Source of the DNA: Podarcis filfolensis
Lineage: Eukaryota
NCBI GenBank assembly: GCA_964270895.1
Contig: OZ185435.1
Length of the DNA stretch: 64,000 nt
Strand: one strand, 5' to 3'
The notes below the pieces were generated by a model that worked only from the letters and a program-made list of their open reading frames with translations, was not told the DNA's origin and did no database searches. Shown one piece after another: positions 61,437-64,000 of this stretch. The first letter of the stretch is position 1. Each line of letters opens with the position of its first letter. The position numbers and the translations under genes are program-made.

Positions 61437-61604
<168 letters not shown>

Positions 61605-62142
61605 CTAACAAACAAACATCTAATTACAACACAAAAGCAGGAGCGTAAGGCCTTTTAGAGTCAGAATACGTCATGCGAATCACCATGCCTTGCTAGTGCT
61701 TCATTACAGACATGTGCTAAAACAAAGGGACAGAACAGCTTCAAAAGCCTTGAAAGCAATTGTCCCAGGGAAAACTTTGCTCCCACCAATGGCAGAAGAT
61801 GCGTAATCCCAATTGAAAATTACTAATGAAATCTCAAGTGAGCCAAAACAGCACAGCTAATTAATTTAATCCACGAAGCTTATTTGATGGCAAGAGAAAA
61901 ACATTATCCAGAAGCCGGAGCTCCAGGCATTTGTTGGTAAAGCATGATTTGTTCATGGCATGCCTGTGTCCAGTAAGTAGGAGACAATGTATGCCTTAGG
62001 CCAATGGGTTACACATTGTGGGGTGCTCCTGCTCTCATTCAGCTTGCCACAGAGCCAGTGTGGTTTTAGTGGTCTGAGAGATGGTTTTGAGTTCAAATCT
62101 TTGCTTTATAAAGCTTTCTGGGTAGCCTTGAGAAAGCTGCTA

Positions 62143-62289
<147 letters not shown>

Positions 62290-62957
62290 CTAAAAGAAAA
62301 GAAAAGCTATTATTTGAGAACAACTGCTGTCTCTTGAAGCAAATCACAACAATGAGTTCTGCAGAAACTTTGTAAGTTTTCATGCTCCACGGGCCACCTT
62401 GCAATAGACATTATTTGTAAGTATCATAAAATTATTGTGCCAGCTTTCAGGGAGTTACATTCTGTTAATGCCCAGCATTAACTTCGTCATATTTTTAAAA
62501 TCAGCTTTTTGTTTGTTTAATATCAATGTTCTAGCATGCAGATTTCATATGTCCGAATTGATAAAATGAAACAACCAGATGCTGTAAGTAATTATGGGGG
62601 AAATCAAGAATAAAAGCAAAAATAAAAATAATCAGAGATTCAAATATGGAAGTCCAACATAGAACCAGTTTCATACTATATGAGAAGTACAAGTATCATA
62701 AAACACATTTTTCTTCTTGAGGACATTAGCTTCCATCCTATCTTCTATGAAGCACTTGGATGTTTGCTGTGAAAACGCTGCATCAGCCTACCTCTACAGA
62801 GCCCAGTTACCTAATAACATAACGAGCACTGCTGGATGAGACTAAAGGCCCATCTAGCAGGACCAGAGTGAAACAGCACTCTCCCCATATTGTCTCAAGC
62901 ATCTTACTTGAAAAACTATTCAGCTGTAACCTTGACTGGCTGCTGCATTAAAATTTA

Positions 62958-63166
62958 CAGTGGTACCTCGGGTTACATACGCTTCAGGTTACAGACTCCG
63001 CTAACCCAGAAATAGTACCTCGGGTTAAGAACTTTGCTTCAGGATGAGAACAGAAATCTTGCTCCAGCGGCGTGGCAGCAGCAGGAGGCCCCATTAGCTA
63101 AAATGGTGCTTCAGGTTAAGAACGGACCTCCGGAACGAATTAAGTACTTAACCTGAGGTACCACTG
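62958..63166. mobile_element. Tc1/mariner MITE in a C11orf58 intron
   Basis: TA|cagtggtacctcgggtt ... cctgaggtaccactg|TC. Confidence 0.88.
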
Positions 63167-63464
63167 TCTTCTGTTCATCCTTCAGAGTATCAGTTAACAA
63201 TCATACTAGCAAAATATTTGTTCCCCTATGTTCAGTGAAACATAGTAACTTGCTTGTTTAAACAATAATAAAATTCAACAGCATTATTCCCAATACATGA
63301 GTGCCACAGCTCAACTATTTTTTTCTTTCTGAGAGCAGCCATAGATAATGCATGCCTTACAATAACATCAAGATGAATGGATTGCCACCCCTTGTATGCT
63401 TATCAAAATCAGTGAAGTAAACCAAGCATGATCAGTGAAAGAATAAGTTTAAAAGGTTCTTCTA

Positions 63465-63632
<168 letters not shown>

Positions 63633-64000
63633 TTAAAAAGAAAGATAAGTCGATTGCATGCATACATTTTCAATTACTTTATCATATATTCTGAACAGCT
63701 TTGGTTTTAAGGGTACAGCCATGATCTTTCAAGTTCAGAGTCACACACTGTTAATGGGGATTGTTAAGCCCCAATCAGCAAAGCTACTACCCACACGGCA
63801 ACAGCTTTTGAAGGCACCCATTAATGGCTAGTAGCAAACTACAGCCCTAGAAGCAGGTTGTGGAGGCTGTGGAAATGACCAGCTCCTTTCAAGGGAAGTG
63901 GAAAATTTATAGCTGCGTTTAAACAAGATCAGGAAGACTTTTTTTTAAAAGGAGGAGGCTAAAAATGCAAAGCTTATTTAACCACCTGTAAAGTAAGCAT

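Overview
This is vertebrate nuclear DNA, most likely from a squamate. A Sauria-type SINE, L2/CR1 LINE remnants and short TA- or 8-bp-TSD DNA-transposon MITEs point to a lacertid-like lizard. The window holds two convergent, intron-containing genes, so almost all ORF-track entries are spurious. (1) On the + strand is the 3' part of PLEKHA7, from the end of the PH domain through the Pro-rich and coiled-coil regions to the C-terminus. I traced 21 exons (3137-44880) with consistent splice phases; they total 3378 nt, or 1126 codons including the stop. They include a GC-AG intron, two in-frame exons missed by the ORF track, and at least three alternative C-termini (SVC*, HYTFV*, AKAVNER*). (2) On the - strand are the last four coding exons of C11orf58/SMAP (63602-60056); its first exon lies beyond the window. 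The tail-to-tail layout matches the human locus as I recall it. I found no prokaryote-type system, CRISPR array, rRNA or tRNA gene. The most interesting signals are the PLEKHA7 C-terminal/PDZ-motif switch, several unannotated-looking candidate exons, a perfect 24-bp intronic hairpin, and very young MITE insertions with intact TSDs. All homology calls come from recalled sequences, not database searches.
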